DNA of 64,000 bases, taken from positions 6,624,001 through 6,688,000 of the forward strand of contig OY762069.1 of the NCBI GenBank assembly GCA_963665095.1. Direction: 5' to 3'. Positions 19,526 through 30,012 of this stretch are shown here, piece after piece. Position numbers and translations under genes: made by a program. The notes beneath the pieces are model-generated. The model was not told the DNA's origin. It made no database searches and saw only the letters and a list, made by a program, of their open reading frames with translations. Position 1 is the stretch's first letter; every line of letters begins with the position of its first letter. The stretch comes from an uncultured Desulfobacter sp. (lineage in GTDB: Bacteria; Desulfobacterota; Desulfobacteria; Desulfobacterales; Desulfobacteraceae).

Positions 19526-20674
19526 TCAAAGCCGTTCAGCAATGATTTCAGACAGCTCTTTGACCTGGATGCGGTCTGCCATGTTTCCTGATTTAACCGC
19601 ATCCTCAAACATGGTGGCACATACCGGGCAGGTCACAGCCAGAATCTGCGCCCCTGTTTCCGCGGCTTCCTCGACTCTTTTGGCTGCAGGGCTGTCCGGT
19701 CCGCCGCCGAGGACATCGGTAAACACATTGCCGCCACCGCCGCCGCAGCAAAACGAATTTTGAAAACTGCGGTCCATTTCAACCAGGGTGATTCCCGGTA
19801 CTTTCCCAAGGACCCGTCTGGCCGAGGCATATTCCATATTGTGGCGTCCGAGATAACATGAATCATGGAAGGTCACGGTCAGGGGCGGTGCGGAAGAAGC
19901 AAAGGTGAACTGGTCCATGATTTTTTCAAGGATCTGGGAATAGTGAAAAACGCCGATGCCTTCAAGGGGATAATCCTTTTTCATGGTGTTATAGGCATGG
20001 GGGGAGAGCGTGATGATATTTTTGACCTCTCGGTCCCGGAACAGTGTCATGTTCTGTTCAACAATATGGTCGAACAGCTCCTTTTCTCCCATGGCCCGGA
20101 CGTCGTTGCCGTCACAGCGTTCATCCCTTCCCAGGATGCCAAAAGAGATGCCGCCTTTTATTAAAAGGGATGCCACGGATGCGGCCATCAACTGTCCCCT
20201 TGGGTCAAAGCTGCCGGCATCGCCCACGTAGAAAAGGTAGTCCTGGTCGCAGTAGGGCGCAATATCAAGGTCTTTTGCCCACAGCCCTCTTTTTTTGGGC
20301 GGGATGCCGTAAAGGTTGCCATGGCTCAATGCCCGGGTCAGGCAGTCCCGGACAGTTGGCGGCACAGTTCCCTGGTTCACCAGCTCCTGTTTTCCGGCTG
20401 TAAAGGCATCCAGCAGGTGGTCCTTGATTTTGGGCATGGTACAGTGGGCCACACAGTTCCCGCAGGAGGCGCATGAGAACATGATCTCCTGGAACCGTTT
20501 CCCCGGCTCGATCCTGCCGTTCATCCACGCATAAAGCAGCCACATCCTGCCGCCGGGGGAAAATGTCTCAAACCGGTATGTTGCATAGGAGGGACAGTTG
20601 ATGTCCGCGTAATTGCCCGGAAATTTGCAGTAACCGCATCGAAAACACCTGTGTAATATCTCCTGGTATTCCAT
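19526..20674 (-). CDS. Fe-S/CCG-domain oxidoreductase subunit (GlcF/HdrD-like)
   Basis: Cys motifs CFRCGYC and CASCGNCVAHC, plus the CCG domain HDSCYLGR...CCGGGGG...TCPVC. Confidence 0.9.
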   Translation of the reverse strand: MEYQEILHRCFRCGYCKFPGNYADINCPSYATYRFETFSPGGRMWLLYAWMNGRIEPGKRFQEIMFSCASCGNCVAHCTMPKIKDHLLDAFTAGKQELVNQGTVPPTVRDCLTRALSHGNLYGIPPKKRGLWAKDLDIAPYCDQDYLFYVGDAGSFDPRGQLMAASVASLLIKGGISFGILGRDERCDGNDVRAMGEKELFDHIVEQNMTLFRDREVKNIITLSPHAYNTMKKDYPLEGIGVFHYSQILEKIMDQFTFASSAPPLTVTFHDSCYLGRHNMEYASARRVLGKVPGITLVEMDRSFQNSFCCGGGGGNVFTDVLGGGPDSPAAKRVEEAAETGAQILAVTCPVCATMFEDAVKSGNMADRIQVKELSEIIAERL

Positions 20675-20675
20675 A

Positions 20676-22055
20676 TCAATCCTTCTCCCAGTTTCCGGGG
20701 TTCATAATACCCTTGGGGTCCAGTACGCCCCTGATCCGGGTCATCAGCTCAAACATGCCGGGGTCCATTTTTTCAATAATCTGTTTCTGGGCCGGGGCTT
20801 CGGCTTTCCAGGGGATGCCGCCCAGGGCAATCACCGCTTCATTGGTCATCTCAAGGGCTTTCTGGGCCTTTGCCACATCTTGCGCATCTGCACGGTTAAA
20901 TGCATAGGAGTAGAAAAACATCATGCAGTGGTTCACCCCGATGATTCGTGAGCCCATGGAGTAGGTCGTGCCGGCCTTTTCAGCCACCTCAATGCCGATG
21001 GCATAGGCGTCCGGGTATTTTTCCACCGGCATGATAGCCCCCACATATTCAAACCCCCCGCCTTTTTTGGTGTCGGCAAACCGCGACAGGGTCCGGGACG
21101 GGACGTCGAGAAAGGCTGTCTTCATCACCTCGGGCAGCATCATGAACCCCCCGGTTTTATCCTCTATATAGGATTTTACCGATGCCCGGATCAGGTTGCG
21201 TTTCCACACCAGTTCCTCGCTGCTGTGTGCCCCGTAATGGACATTGCAATGCTGGAACCCTTCAGTCCAGTTGGGCTTGGGGATCATCCAGGTGACAACG
21301 TCCTCGGCCAGCTGGACCCCGGTGAGCCGGTTTAAGATATCAGGCATCATGGCGGGATTTTCATGGACAAAAATGCTGACGTCATTGATGGGATAAACCG
21401 GATAGAGCTTGATGGACAGTTTTGTGACCACCCCGGTGGTACCGGCCCACCCCAGGAAAAGACCTGCCAGATCCGGCAGGGGTGCCCGTGCAAACCACTG
21501 GTCCGAGGCGGCGCAGGAACCGATTTTGACAATCTGTCCGTCCGGCAGTACCACCTCAAGGCCGTTGAGCATGTCTGAATGGAATCCTGCTGCATGGGAG
21601 AGGTGGCCGGAGCCGAAGATCGTGACATTCCCGGCCACCGTGGCGATGGGCGGGGCATCCGGCATGGAGTGTTTTAAGCACGGATGGTGTTTTTTCAGGT
21701 AGGCCTGCAGCATACCCTGGGCCGCCCCCGCCTCCACCACGGCATAGCGGCTGATCTCATTGACCTCAATAATCCGGTTCATCCGTTTCATATCAAGGAT
21801 GATGCCGCCCTTTAATGCCCTTGTCAGGCCGGACAGCACCAGGCCCGCCCCCATGGGCACCACCGGTATGCCCTGGGCGCCGGCATATTTCACGATCTGA
21901 GATACTTCTTCAGGGGTTTTAGGCATCACCACGACATCCGGGCTGGCCGGGGCCATGGTGCCCGGATCCATGGAGTAAATATAGAGCTCTTCGGCCTGTC
22001 CGGATACATACTCCTTTCCGACAATGGCACCAAGTGCCTGCACAATATCAGTCAT
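20676..22055 (-). CDS. FAD-binding oxidoreductase (GlcD/VAO-PCMH superfamily)
   Basis: Motifs PDVVVMPKTPEEV, GLEVVLPDG, GTTGVVTK and LDPKGIMNPG. ATG 22055 follows GAGGAG. Confidence 0.9.
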   Translation of the reverse strand: MTDIVQALGAIVGKEYVSGQAEELYIYSMDPGTMAPASPDVVVMPKTPEEVSQIVKYAGAQGIPVVPMGAGLVLSGLTRALKGGIILDMKRMNRIIEVNEISRYAVVEAGAAQGMLQAYLKKHHPCLKHSMPDAPPIATVAGNVTIFGSGHLSHAAGFHSDMLNGLEVVLPDGQIVKIGSCAASDQWFARAPLPDLAGLFLGWAGTTGVVTKLSIKLYPVYPINDVSIFVHENPAMMPDILNRLTGVQLAEDVVTWMIPKPNWTEGFQHCNVHYGAHSSEELVWKRNLIRASVKSYIEDKTGGFMMLPEVMKTAFLDVPSRTLSRFADTKKGGGFEYVGAIMPVEKYPDAYAIGIEVAEKAGTTYSMGSRIIGVNHCMMFFYSYAFNRADAQDVAKAQKALEMTNEAVIALGGIPWKAEAPAQKQIIEKMDPGMFELMTRIRGVLDPKGIMNPGNWEKD

Positions 22056-22119
22056 AGATACACTCCTCAATCAAAAGGCTTACAATAGGACCAGGATACT
22101 TACGACAGGGCCAGAGGGC

Positions 22120-23136
22120 TTACGGCAGCGCCAGCTGACATAAGTCACTCATCAGAATCGGCATGATCCCCCTTTGCGCAACTGCATCTCCTAAGGTGAA
22201 CAGGCATGCCGGACAGTTGAAAACGCAATACTGGGCACCGGCGTTCTCCATATCATCAAGATTTTTTTTCTGGATTTCGTCTGCGAGATCGTCCCTTTGA
22301 TGAATCCTTGGGACCCCGCCGCAGCACAGGGCGTTTGCCCGGTCATATTCCCGCTCCACGCGGTCTGCACCGATTTTTTTGAAAATATCATCCACCCAGT
22401 GCTGGGTCTCCGGAATCAGCCGGTTGGAGCATGGCCGCTGGTAGGCCACCTTTGCATTTAAAGGCTGTAACTCCCCTTTATGCTCCCCAAGCTTTTTGTC
22501 CAGGTATTCAAACAGGTGGACGCTTTTAAAGGGCACATCAATGCCAAAGGCCGGGGCTAAGTGAGTAAAAGTCCCGTAACATTCATCATGAAAGCAGATG
22601 ATCTCATCCACGCCGCTGTCTTCAAGATAATAGGTTTGGATGGTATCAATCACTTTGGGCAGCCGTTCACGGATTACGGAATTTTTTGCAAAATGGAGCC
22701 ACATAATATTGCAGAAAATATCGCTCCCCACGATGGTGGAGACGCCGTCATACAATTTTCCCCTTATACATCCCGAAAGCATGGGGAAATAACACATGTC
22801 TATCACCGGTTTGGAAACCTTCAAAGGTTTGGCATCCCCCCTTGGGGCCATCATGCGCAGCTGCTGTTTTTCCAGAGGAACCGGTGCCGGCAGGATGCCT
22901 AAACGTTCCTGCTGCTCGACAATCTGGTAAAAGGGATGGTTGCTGTTGGGGCAATATTCTTCGCAGGCATAGCATGTGACGCAAGCCTCAAGGGTTCTGG
23001 CCCTTTCCCCGTTGAGGATGGCAAGTTTCTCTTTTCTGGCCTCCCCAAGGTCATAATCGAGATACTGGCACCTTGTAAGGCAGTCAACAGTGGTGCAGGA
23101 CGAACATATTTCAGGGTTGAATTGAAGTTTGAACAC
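22120..23136 (-). CDS. Fe-S/CCG-domain protein
   Basis: Cys motifs CSSC...CLTRC, CVTCYACEEYCP and QRPC...CCGG...NCPAC. GTG start after GGAGG. Confidence 0.88.
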   Translation of the reverse strand: MFKLQFNPEICSSCTTVDCLTRCQYLDYDLGEARKEKLAILNGERARTLEACVTCYACEEYCPNSNHPFYQIVEQQERLGILPAPVPLEKQQLRMMAPRGDAKPLKVSKPVIDMCYFPMLSGCIRGKLYDGVSTIVGSDIFCNIMWLHFAKNSVIRERLPKVIDTIQTYYLEDSGVDEIICFHDECYGTFTHLAPAFGIDVPFKSVHLFEYLDKKLGEHKGELQPLNAKVAYQRPCSNRLIPETQHWVDDIFKKIGADRVEREYDRANALCCGGVPRIHQRDDLADEIQKKNLDDMENAGAQYCVFNCPACLFTLGDAVAQRGIMPILMSDLCQLALP

Positions 23137-23363
23137 GGTACCTCCTGTTTTTGAAATAGGTACACTTACTTGAACATCTTTTTCTGCTTTTTGAGCATAT
23201 GACTATAATTCGCCATCCATTGTCAAGAAAAAATTAGCGTTCATTCAAAAAAAGAAAAAAGATGGTTTCTAAAATTATTTTGTTTGTATTAGATTCATGT
23301 TAGAGTTCCCTGACGTATCAATTTTAAATGGACGATTTAAAAACAAAAGACTCAGAAACTTAA

Positions 23364-24035
23364 ATGGAACGAAAGCAGGCAACTCTAAATTTATTCTCCA
23401 TTCCGGAGTTGATAACCGGATTCAGTGTTCGTGGCCGAATCATGGAGCAGTTCACGCCACTGTTCCTGTTGCTTGTCACCTGCCAAACGCCTGTGGTGCT
23501 GATCTGGCTGAAAATCATTCCTTTTGAATACCGGTTTTATGCGTTCTTTTTCGCCCTGGCCGGGCTGACTTACTTCTGTTTTCACAGACGTTACCGCCTG
23601 GACGAACTGGGTTTCCGTATTGATACACTCAAAAGTGCCATGGAACTGAATCTTTTATTCTGTGCCATCGGGGGCATGGCCCTTTATATTTCATACAGGG
23701 CCGGACTGTTAATACCAAAGAACCAAAATTCTTTTTCTTTTATTTATGTGGTCTACATTTTTTTTCTGGCACCTGTTCAGGAGATCATTTTCAGAGGGAT
23801 TCTGTTTGCAGAGACCCGGCGGATTCAAAGTTGCAGCAACCGCCTGTTTTTATGGGTATCTACCCTGTCTTTCTGCTTCCTGCACGTTATTTACGGAAAC
23901 CCGCAGATACTGATCATTGCAGCTATCAGCGGATTTATATGGGGAATACTTTTTATAAAACGGCCCAATATCTGGGGGGTCGCCCTTTCCCACGCCTTTC
24001 TCGGATCCCTGGCCATGGTCCTTGGCCTGTTTTAG
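23364..24035 (+). CDS. CPBP (Abi/CAAX) family intramembrane metalloprotease
   Basis: Motifs APVQEIIFRG, FCFLH and SHAF in a hydrophobic protein. Confidence 0.85.
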   Translation: MERKQATLNLFSIPELITGFSVRGRIMEQFTPLFLLLVTCQTPVVLIWLKIIPFEYRFYAFFFALAGLTYFCFHRRYRLDELGFRIDTLKSAMELNLLFCAIGGMALYISYRAGLLIPKNQNSFSFIYVVYIFFLAPVQEIIFRGILFAETRRIQSCSNRLFLWVSTLSFCFLHVIYGNPQILIIAAISGFIWGILFIKRPNIWGVALSHAFLGSLAMVLGLF

Positions 24036-24314
24036 ATCCTCCCTGAAAATCAATAGAGTAGTATTTTTCCGCCTGCTTTTGCGGATATGGTTTCGTTTCT
24101 GTCAATTACAGCCTGTTGGTCTTGATTCAGTGATAACTTATTCACTGATCCGTTTTCTTATTTCCAGGGCTTCAACAGCATTTGACCGCCATGGTTTCGA
24201 AAAAGTTTTCATTACTTTGAAATTTAAATAAAAAAAGTAATGAAAATTTAATTGACATGCGAATATTCTGCCATACCTTTATCCCGTCAACAACAAAACC
24301 AATGGAGGTAACAC

Positions 24315-26210
24315 ATGAGCCACATAATCGGAATCGACCTGGGTACCACAAACTCCTGCGTATCCATACTCGAAAACAGTAAACCAATTGTTATTACCAA
24401 CCCCGAGGGGGGAAGAACCACGCCGTCGGTTGTGGCGGTAACCAAAAGCGGGGAGCGCCTGGTGGGTCAGGCTGCCCGGCGCCAGGCCGTCACCAATCCG
24501 GAAAATACCGTATTCGGGGTAAAACGTCTGATCGGGCGGAATTTTGACGCCCCTGAAGTTCAGGCGGATCTGCCTATTCTTCCCTATAAAATCAACAAGG
24601 CTGCCAACGGCGGGGTGGCCGTTCAGATGAACGGAAAGGATCACACGCCTGCTCAGATCTCTTCTTTTATCCTGGCCAATATCAAAAAAACGGCTGAAGA
24701 GTATCTTGGTGAAAAGGTGACGGACGCGGTGATCACCGTCCCTGCCTACTTTAATGACAGCCAGCGCCAGGCCACAAAGGATGCGGGAAAAATTGCAGGA
24801 CTCAATGTGCTGCGTATCATTAATGAGCCCACAGCAGCATCGCTTGCCTTTGGCCTGGATAAAAAGGATGAGGAGAAGATTGCCGTATTCGACCTTGGCG
24901 GTGGCACCTTTGATATCTCCATCCTGGAACTTGGCGGCGGAGTATTTGAAGTCAAATCCACCAATGGGGACACCCATCTGGGTGGCGAGGACTTTGACCT
25001 GCAGATTGTCAATTTCCTGGCAGATGAGTTTAAAAAAGATCAGGGCATTGATCTGCGGAATGATACCATGGCGCTCCAGCGGCTCAAAGAGGCGGCGGAA
25101 AAGGCCAAACAGGAGCTCTCCTCCTCTTTGGAGACAGAGATTAATCTGCCCTTTATCACCGCAGATGCCTCAGGTCCGAAACATCTGAACATCAAGATGA
25201 GCCGGGCCAGGCTTGAAAGCCTGGTGGCAGGACTGCTGGACCGGCTGGAAGGGCCTTGTGTTACCGCTGTCAAAGATGCAGGGCTTGATTTTTCCGACAT
25301 CCACCGGGTGATCCTGGTTGGCGGGATGACCCGGATGCCTGCGGTCCAGGCCAGGGTGGAAAAGATCTTCGGCAGAACTGCCGACAAGGGCGTCAATCCC
25401 GACGAGGTGGTGGCCCTGGGCGCTGCCATCCAGGGGGGTATTCTTAAAGGCGATCTGGAAGATGTGCTGCTGCTGGATGTCACACCCCTCTCACTGGGTA
25501 TTGAGACCCTGGGTGGTGTGATGACACGGCTGATCGAGAAAAATACCACCATCCCGGTGCAGAAAAGTGAGGTTTTCTCCACAGCTGATGACAATCAGCC
25601 CGCCGTTACCATACATGTACTCCAGGGCGAACGGGAGATGGCCTCGGACAACAAACTGCTTGGCCAGTTTGAGCTCACCGGTATTACACCTGCTCCCAGG
25701 GGAACACCTCAGATTGAAGTGACCTTTGATATTGATGCCAACGGCATTGTCAATGTATCGGCCAAAGACAAGGCAACAGGCAAGGCCCAGTCTATTCGGA
25801 TTACGTCCTCTTCCGGGCTCTCCAGGGAGGAGATCGACGCCCTGATAAAAGATGCTGAGCGTCATGCTGGTGAGGACCGGCGGAAAAAGGACCTGGTTAC
25901 GGCCAGAAACCAGGCGGATCAGTTGATCTACCAGACCGAAAAGATCGTGGCCGGTTCAGACGTTCCTGTGGATGCAGATACCCGAAGCCGCCTGGAAGGG
26001 CTGGCCAATGATTTGAAAGAGGCGGTAAAGTCAGATGATGTGAGCCGGATCAACGCGGCAGTCGAGCGCCTGAACCAGGCCCTGCACACCATGAGCCAGG
26101 CAGCCTATGCCCAGACAGGCGATCAGTCTTCAGGGCAGGGCAGGGCTGACAGCAAAGCATCGGCCCAGGATGATGATATTATTGATGCTGAGTTTTCAGA
26201 CGTTGCTTAA
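24315..26210 (+). CDS. dnaK: Molecular chaperone DnaK (Hsp70), stand-alone copy
   Basis: Motifs [28 protein letters not shown] and [24 protein letters not shown]. Confidence 0.97.
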   Translation: MSHIIGIDLGTTNSCVSILENSKPIVITNPEGGRTTPSVVAVTKSGERLVGQAARRQAVTNPENTVFGVKRLIGRNFDAPEVQADLPILPYKINKAANGGVAVQMNGKDHTPAQISSFILANIKKTAEEYLGEKVTDAVITVPAYFNDSQRQATKDAGKIAGLNVLRIINEPTAASLAFGLDKKDEEKIAVFDLGGGTFDISILELGGGVFEVKSTNGDTHLGGEDFDLQIVNFLADEFKKDQGIDLRNDTMALQRLKEAAEKAKQELSSSLETEINLPFITADASGPKHLNIKMSRARLESLVAGLLDRLEGPCVTAVKDAGLDFSDIHRVILVGGMTRMPAVQARVEKIFGRTADKGVNPDEVVALGAAIQGGILKGDLEDVLLLDVTPLSLGIETLGGVMTRLIEKNTTIPVQKSEVFSTADDNQPAVTIHVLQGEREMASDNKLLGQFELTGITPAPRGTPQIEVTFDIDANGIVNVSAKDKATGKAQSIRITSSSGLSREEIDALIKDAERHAGEDRRKKDLVTARNQADQLIYQTEKIVAGSDVPVDADTRSRLEGLANDLKEAVKSDDVSRINAAVERLNQALHTMSQAAYAQTGDQSSGQGRADSKASAQDDDIIDAEFSDVA

Positions 26211-26224
26211 TTTTAAATAACCTT

Positions 26225-26292
26225 TTTACCCGATCCCCTGCCGGGGGATCGGGTAAAGATATAAACAAGCCCGTCAAAATGACGGGCTTGTT
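26225..26292. terminator. Tandem hairpins between the convergent dnaK and sufB-like genes
   Basis: Perfect stems TTTACCCGATCCCC / GGGGATCGGGTAAA and AACAAGCCCGTCA / TGACGGGCTTGTT. Confidence 0.7.
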
Positions 26293-26359
26293 CTATTCAG
26301 TGCATTGCATTTGCAATTGTGTCAGGGCCGGACCCGGAGCAAAAGGCCTGCCCTGGCGG

Positions 26360-27280
26360 TTACTTCAGAAAACCCCGGATGATTCTGTCCACGGCTTCAT
26401 CGTAAGTGAGCCCTAAGCTCATCAGCTTGATCAGCTGATCATTGGCTATTTTTCCAATGGATGCTTCGTGGGTCAGTTCTGCATCTGGGTGCAGGGCCCG
26501 CAAGGCCGGTACGGTTTCATTCACGCCATTGTCCATAATGATGGCGTCACATTCGATATGGCCAAAGCTTCTGGCCCTTGCTTCCACATTGGCGTAAAAA
26601 TCCTGCTTGGAGTTCTCTTTGATCACGGACCGGGATACCAGGTTTGTCTTACTGTCATCACCCTTGAGAACAATATTGTTTTCCGAAACAGCGATCTGGT
26701 TCCCTTCAGTGAGGATACGCTCCGTGACAAAAAGGGAGCTTCCTGGCCCCAGTTCCGCTTCATTCACCCGTTTTGCCTCGTCTACACCGCCTATCTGGGT
26801 CAGCTCCATCTCCACCACGCTGTTTTCGTCCATATATACCTTTGTGGTGGGGTTCAGGCTGCGTTTACCTTTTCCTTCACCTGTGGCAACGTGTTTCTCC
26901 TGGTAGCGGACTGTGGCGTTTTTACCCACCCGGAATTCATGGATGCCCTCGTGCCCTTCGGCTTTGCTGCCGGCACAGTGGATGCCGCATCCGGCAACAA
27001 TGGTGACATCGGCGCCTTCGCCAATGATAAAGGTGTTGTATACCACGTCATGGAGGCCGGCCTGGCTGAGTATCACCGGGATGTGTACCGATTCATTAAT
27101 TACGCCCGGTTTGACAGTCACCACAATGCCAGTCCCGTCTTCATTGGGTTCAATGTTGATATTTCCGGACACCTGGCGTGATAACAGTGTCCCGTTTTTT
27201 CGGATATTGAACGCACCTGTGGGGATACCATCCAGGTTTGCCACTGCCTTTAACAGTTTTTTATCTATAGCATCTAGCAT
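26360..27280 (-). CDS. SufB/SufD-family Fe-S assembly scaffold (short SmsB-like form)
   Basis: Motifs IVAGC, GHIECDAII and AELTHEASIGKIA...LMSLGL. ATG 27280 follows GAAGGAG. Confidence 0.88.
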   Translation of the reverse strand: MLDAIDKKLLKAVANLDGIPTGAFNIRKNGTLLSRQVSGNINIEPNEDGTGIVVTVKPGVINESVHIPVILSQAGLHDVVYNTFIIGEGADVTIVAGCGIHCAGSKAEGHEGIHEFRVGKNATVRYQEKHVATGEGKGKRSLNPTTKVYMDENSVVEMELTQIGGVDEAKRVNEAELGPGSSLFVTERILTEGNQIAVSENNIVLKGDDSKTNLVSRSVIKENSKQDFYANVEARARSFGHIECDAIIMDNGVNETVPALRALHPDAELTHEASIGKIANDQLIKLMSLGLTYDEAVDRIIRGFLK

Positions 27281-28022
27281 CGATCTCTCCTTCACATACA
27301 TCTGTGTATCCGCAAACACTTAAATCGCTCAGAAGGGGCATGGCGCCTTCCAGGTCTCCGGTATAGGCGATTCGGCCTTCCTTTATGAGGATCAGGCAGT
27401 CTGCTGCCGCAAGAAAGGCCTTGTTATGACTGACAACGATGGTGGTTGTTTCATTGTCCGTGGTTTGCCGTTTTATCAGCTCAACCATGGGCTCTATGGT
27501 CCAAAGATCTATGCCCGTGTCCGGCTCATCATAGATGGCGAGACCTGGATTTCTGGCAATGGTGGTGGCAAGTTCGATCTTTTTTATCTCGCCGCCGGAC
27601 AGTTTGGAATCCACAGGCTTGTCAAGAAAATCCAGGGAGCAGAACCCCACCCTGGCAAGGATATCCATCAGTTGCCCTTCGTCGTCAGTACCGGCGGCAA
27701 TGGACAGAAGATCCCTGAACGTCACCCCCTTGAACCGGGCCGATTGCTGAAATCCATAGGCGATACCCTCCCTGGCCCGATCAGTGATGGTCATATCTGT
27801 GATATCTTTGCCGTTGTATAGGATGTTACCACTGGTTGCCTTGTTGATCCCCATGATAGTTTTGGCCAGGGTGGTCTTTCCCCCGCCATTGGGGCCGGTA
27901 ATACCGTAGAACTTACCCTTTTCAAAGGTAAAGTTGATGCCGTTAAGAATGGTTTTTTCGGCGTGTCCGTTTCCCGCTTCTTCATCGGGTACTGTAAAAT
28001 ATATATCTTTGAGTTCCAGCAT
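27261..28022 (-). CDS. SufC-like ABC ATPase (SmsC-like)
   Basis: Motifs GPNGGGKT, LSGGEIKKIE and DEPDTGIDL, with a Cys-rich C-terminus. Overlaps the sufB-like gene. Confidence 0.88.
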   Translation of the reverse strand: MLELKDIYFTVPDEEAGNGHAEKTILNGINFTFEKGKFYGITGPNGGGKTTLAKTIMGINKATSGNILYNGKDITDMTITDRAREGIAYGFQQSARFKGVTFRDLLSIAAGTDDEGQLMDILARVGFCSLDFLDKPVDSKLSGGEIKKIELATTIARNPGLAIYDEPDTGIDLWTIEPMVELIKRQTTDNETTTIVVSHNKAFLAAADCLILIKEGRIAYTGDLEGAMPLLSDLSVCGYTDVCEGEIDARCYR

Positions 28023-28113
28023 TCTTTTTTTCTCCTGCTGATAATTTATTAAAATGAATGCGTGATCAACTTTGTTAACCTGTTCACTGTATGATTTTCT
28101 CAGGCATTATCAA

Positions 28114-28130
28114 TTCAAAAATAATGCCGA
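28114..28130 (-). promoter_or_regulatory. Possible sigma54 (-24/-12) promoter for the sufC/sufB-like pair
   Basis: TCGGCATTATTTTTGAA (GG-N10-GA, non-canonical -12). GTATCAA palindromes lie about 110 bp upstream (28239-28275). Confidence 0.35.
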
Positions 28131-28455
28131 ATTTAAAATAACGAAGGCCAAAAATTTTGTAAAATTATAACAATATGAAATTATAGATAAAATGGCCATT
28201 TTTATTTTATTCGGCAGGCGTTGGCGAGGCAGTATGTCTGTATCAAAGTAATATTTTGATACGGTATTGTATCAAGGTTGTCCGCAGGCTGATTGTTTTT
28301 ATGTGCGGTTATTGCCGCTTGATCATTCATATACCGGCAAATCAACCCTTTTTCACAGAGATCACCCATGGGGAATTGTCGTTTTCCGTAACAGCAGGCA
28401 TTTTGCACTCATGGAATCCACAATAATGCCTTTCTGGGGATATTGGCAGCGGATT

Positions 28456-30012
28456 TTAACTGCCCAGTATTTGCCGGGCTGCTGCCATGGCGCAATTCTC
28501 ACCGTCAATGGCGGCAGAGACAATGCCCCCGGCATGGCCGGCCCCTTCGGCGCATGGAAAAAGACCCTGAATATCAGGGTGCATGAAAGATGCTTTGTCC
28601 CTGGGAATTCTTACCGGTGAGCTGGTTCGTGTTTCCACGCCGATAAGTTGAGCCTCACCGGAGGCAAAACCCGGCAGCTTTTTATTAAAAATCTGTAAAG
28701 CTTCCCGCAAACTTTCCACCATAAATTCTGGCAGAAACTCATGCAGTGGCATTGAGACAATACCGGGAATATAGGATGTGACATTCAGGCTGGAACTGGT
28801 TTTGCCATTTATAAAATCAGGGGCTTTCTGGGCTGGGGCCACTTGGCTGTTGCCACCTGATTTATAGGCTGCCTGCTCCAGCATGGTACGCAGTTTCAGT
28901 CCGGCAAACTCTTTTTCCCTGCTGTACTGCCCCCAGTCTTTCTCCCCGACACCCACCACAAACCCGCTGTTGGCAAAGGGGGAGTTCCGTTTGGACACCG
29001 ACATGCCATTAACCACCTGCTCGCCGGGGCTGGTGGCCGCCGGGACGATAATGCCGCCCGGGCACATGCAGAATGAAAACGCGCCTCTCTGGGCTGTCTG
29101 GCAGGTCAGGGAATAGGCTGCCGGCGGCAGGTTGGGGTTGTGGTTTTTTGAGCGGTACTGGATTTCATTGATCAGGGCCTGGGGATGCTCTATGCGGACG
29201 CCCATGGCAAAGGGTTTGGCCTCCATCCGGATGTTGTGCCGTGCCAGCATATCATAGATATCAACGGCGGAATGGCCTGTGGCCAGGATCAGTGCGTCCC
29301 CTGCCACCTCAAGGGACTGGTCGACAATTACCCCTTTCAGGGTGTGGTCCCGGATGATGAGATCAGTGATCCGGCTGTTAAACCGGATCTCTCCGCCGTT
29401 GGCAAGAATGGTCTGCCTGATGGCTGAAACAATGCCCGGCAGCCTGTTTGAACCGATATGGGGATGGGCGTCTATAAGGATATCCGGGTCTGCCCCGTGC
29501 TGGACCAGGATATTGAGAACTCTTCTGACATCACCGCGTTTTGTGGATCGGGTGTACAGTTTGCCATCGCTGTAGGCACCGGCTCCGCCTTCGCCAAAAC
29601 AGTAGTTGGAGTCGGGATTGACCTCATGCTTTCTCTGGATGGCACTGATGTCAAACCGACGGTCTTTCACATTTTTACCCCGCTCCAGGACAACGGGCCG
29701 GATGCCGGATTCAATGAGCTTGAGCGCGGCAAACATTCCGGCCGGGCCAAAGCCCGCAATGATCACTTTTTTATCCGGTTTTACCGGGGTGTAGGAGATG
29801 GTGGGATCCGGCAGGGCAAACGGTTCATTGATATACGCCTCATACCGAAGCCTGAACACCGGTGACTTGCGCGCGTCAATGGAGCGCTTAAGCGGAATCA
29901 GGGCGGTGATGTCAGATGCCTTGATTCCTGTTTTTTCAGCAGCCAGCTTTTGATGAAAGTCCCTGTCATAAAGCCTGTCAGGGTGTATGGTCAGTTCAAT
30001 CTGTTTTTTCAT
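28456..30012 (-). CDS. NAD(P)/FAD-dependent oxidoreductase (uncharacterised FAD-dependent dehydrogenase family)
   Basis: Motifs GFGPAG, FGEGGAGAYSDGKL, PHIGS, SFCMCPGG and ETRTSSPVRI. Confidence 0.92.
   Translation of the reverse strand: MKKQIELTIHPDRLYDRDFHQKLAAEKTGIKASDITALIPLKRSIDARKSPVFRLRYEAYINEPFALPDPTISYTPVKPDKKVIIAGFGPAGMFAALKLIESGIRPVVLERGKNVKDRRFDISAIQRKHEVNPDSNYCFGEGGAGAYSDGKLYTRSTKRGDVRRVLNILVQHGADPDILIDAHPHIGSNRLPGIVSAIRQTILANGGEIRFNSRITDLIIRDHTLKGVIVDQSLEVAGDALILATGHSAVDIYDMLARHNIRMEAKPFAMGVRIEHPQALINEIQYRSKNHNPNLPPAAYSLTCQTAQRGAFSFCMCPGGIIVPAATSPGEQVVNGMSVSKRNSPFANSGFVVGVGEKDWGQYSREKEFAGLKLRTMLEQAAYKSGGNSQVAPAQKAPDFINGKTSSSLNVTSYIPGIVSMPLHEFLPEFMVESLREALQIFNKKLPGFASGEAQLIGVETRTSSPVRIPRDKASFMHPDIQGLFPCAEGAGHAGGIVSAAIDGENCAMAAARQILGS

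Noticed and set aside
24279..25865. Minus-strand ORFs opposite dnaK
   Set aside because: The familiar antisense-to-dnaK frame, often mis-annotated as NAD-specific glutamate dehydrogenase; no independent support.
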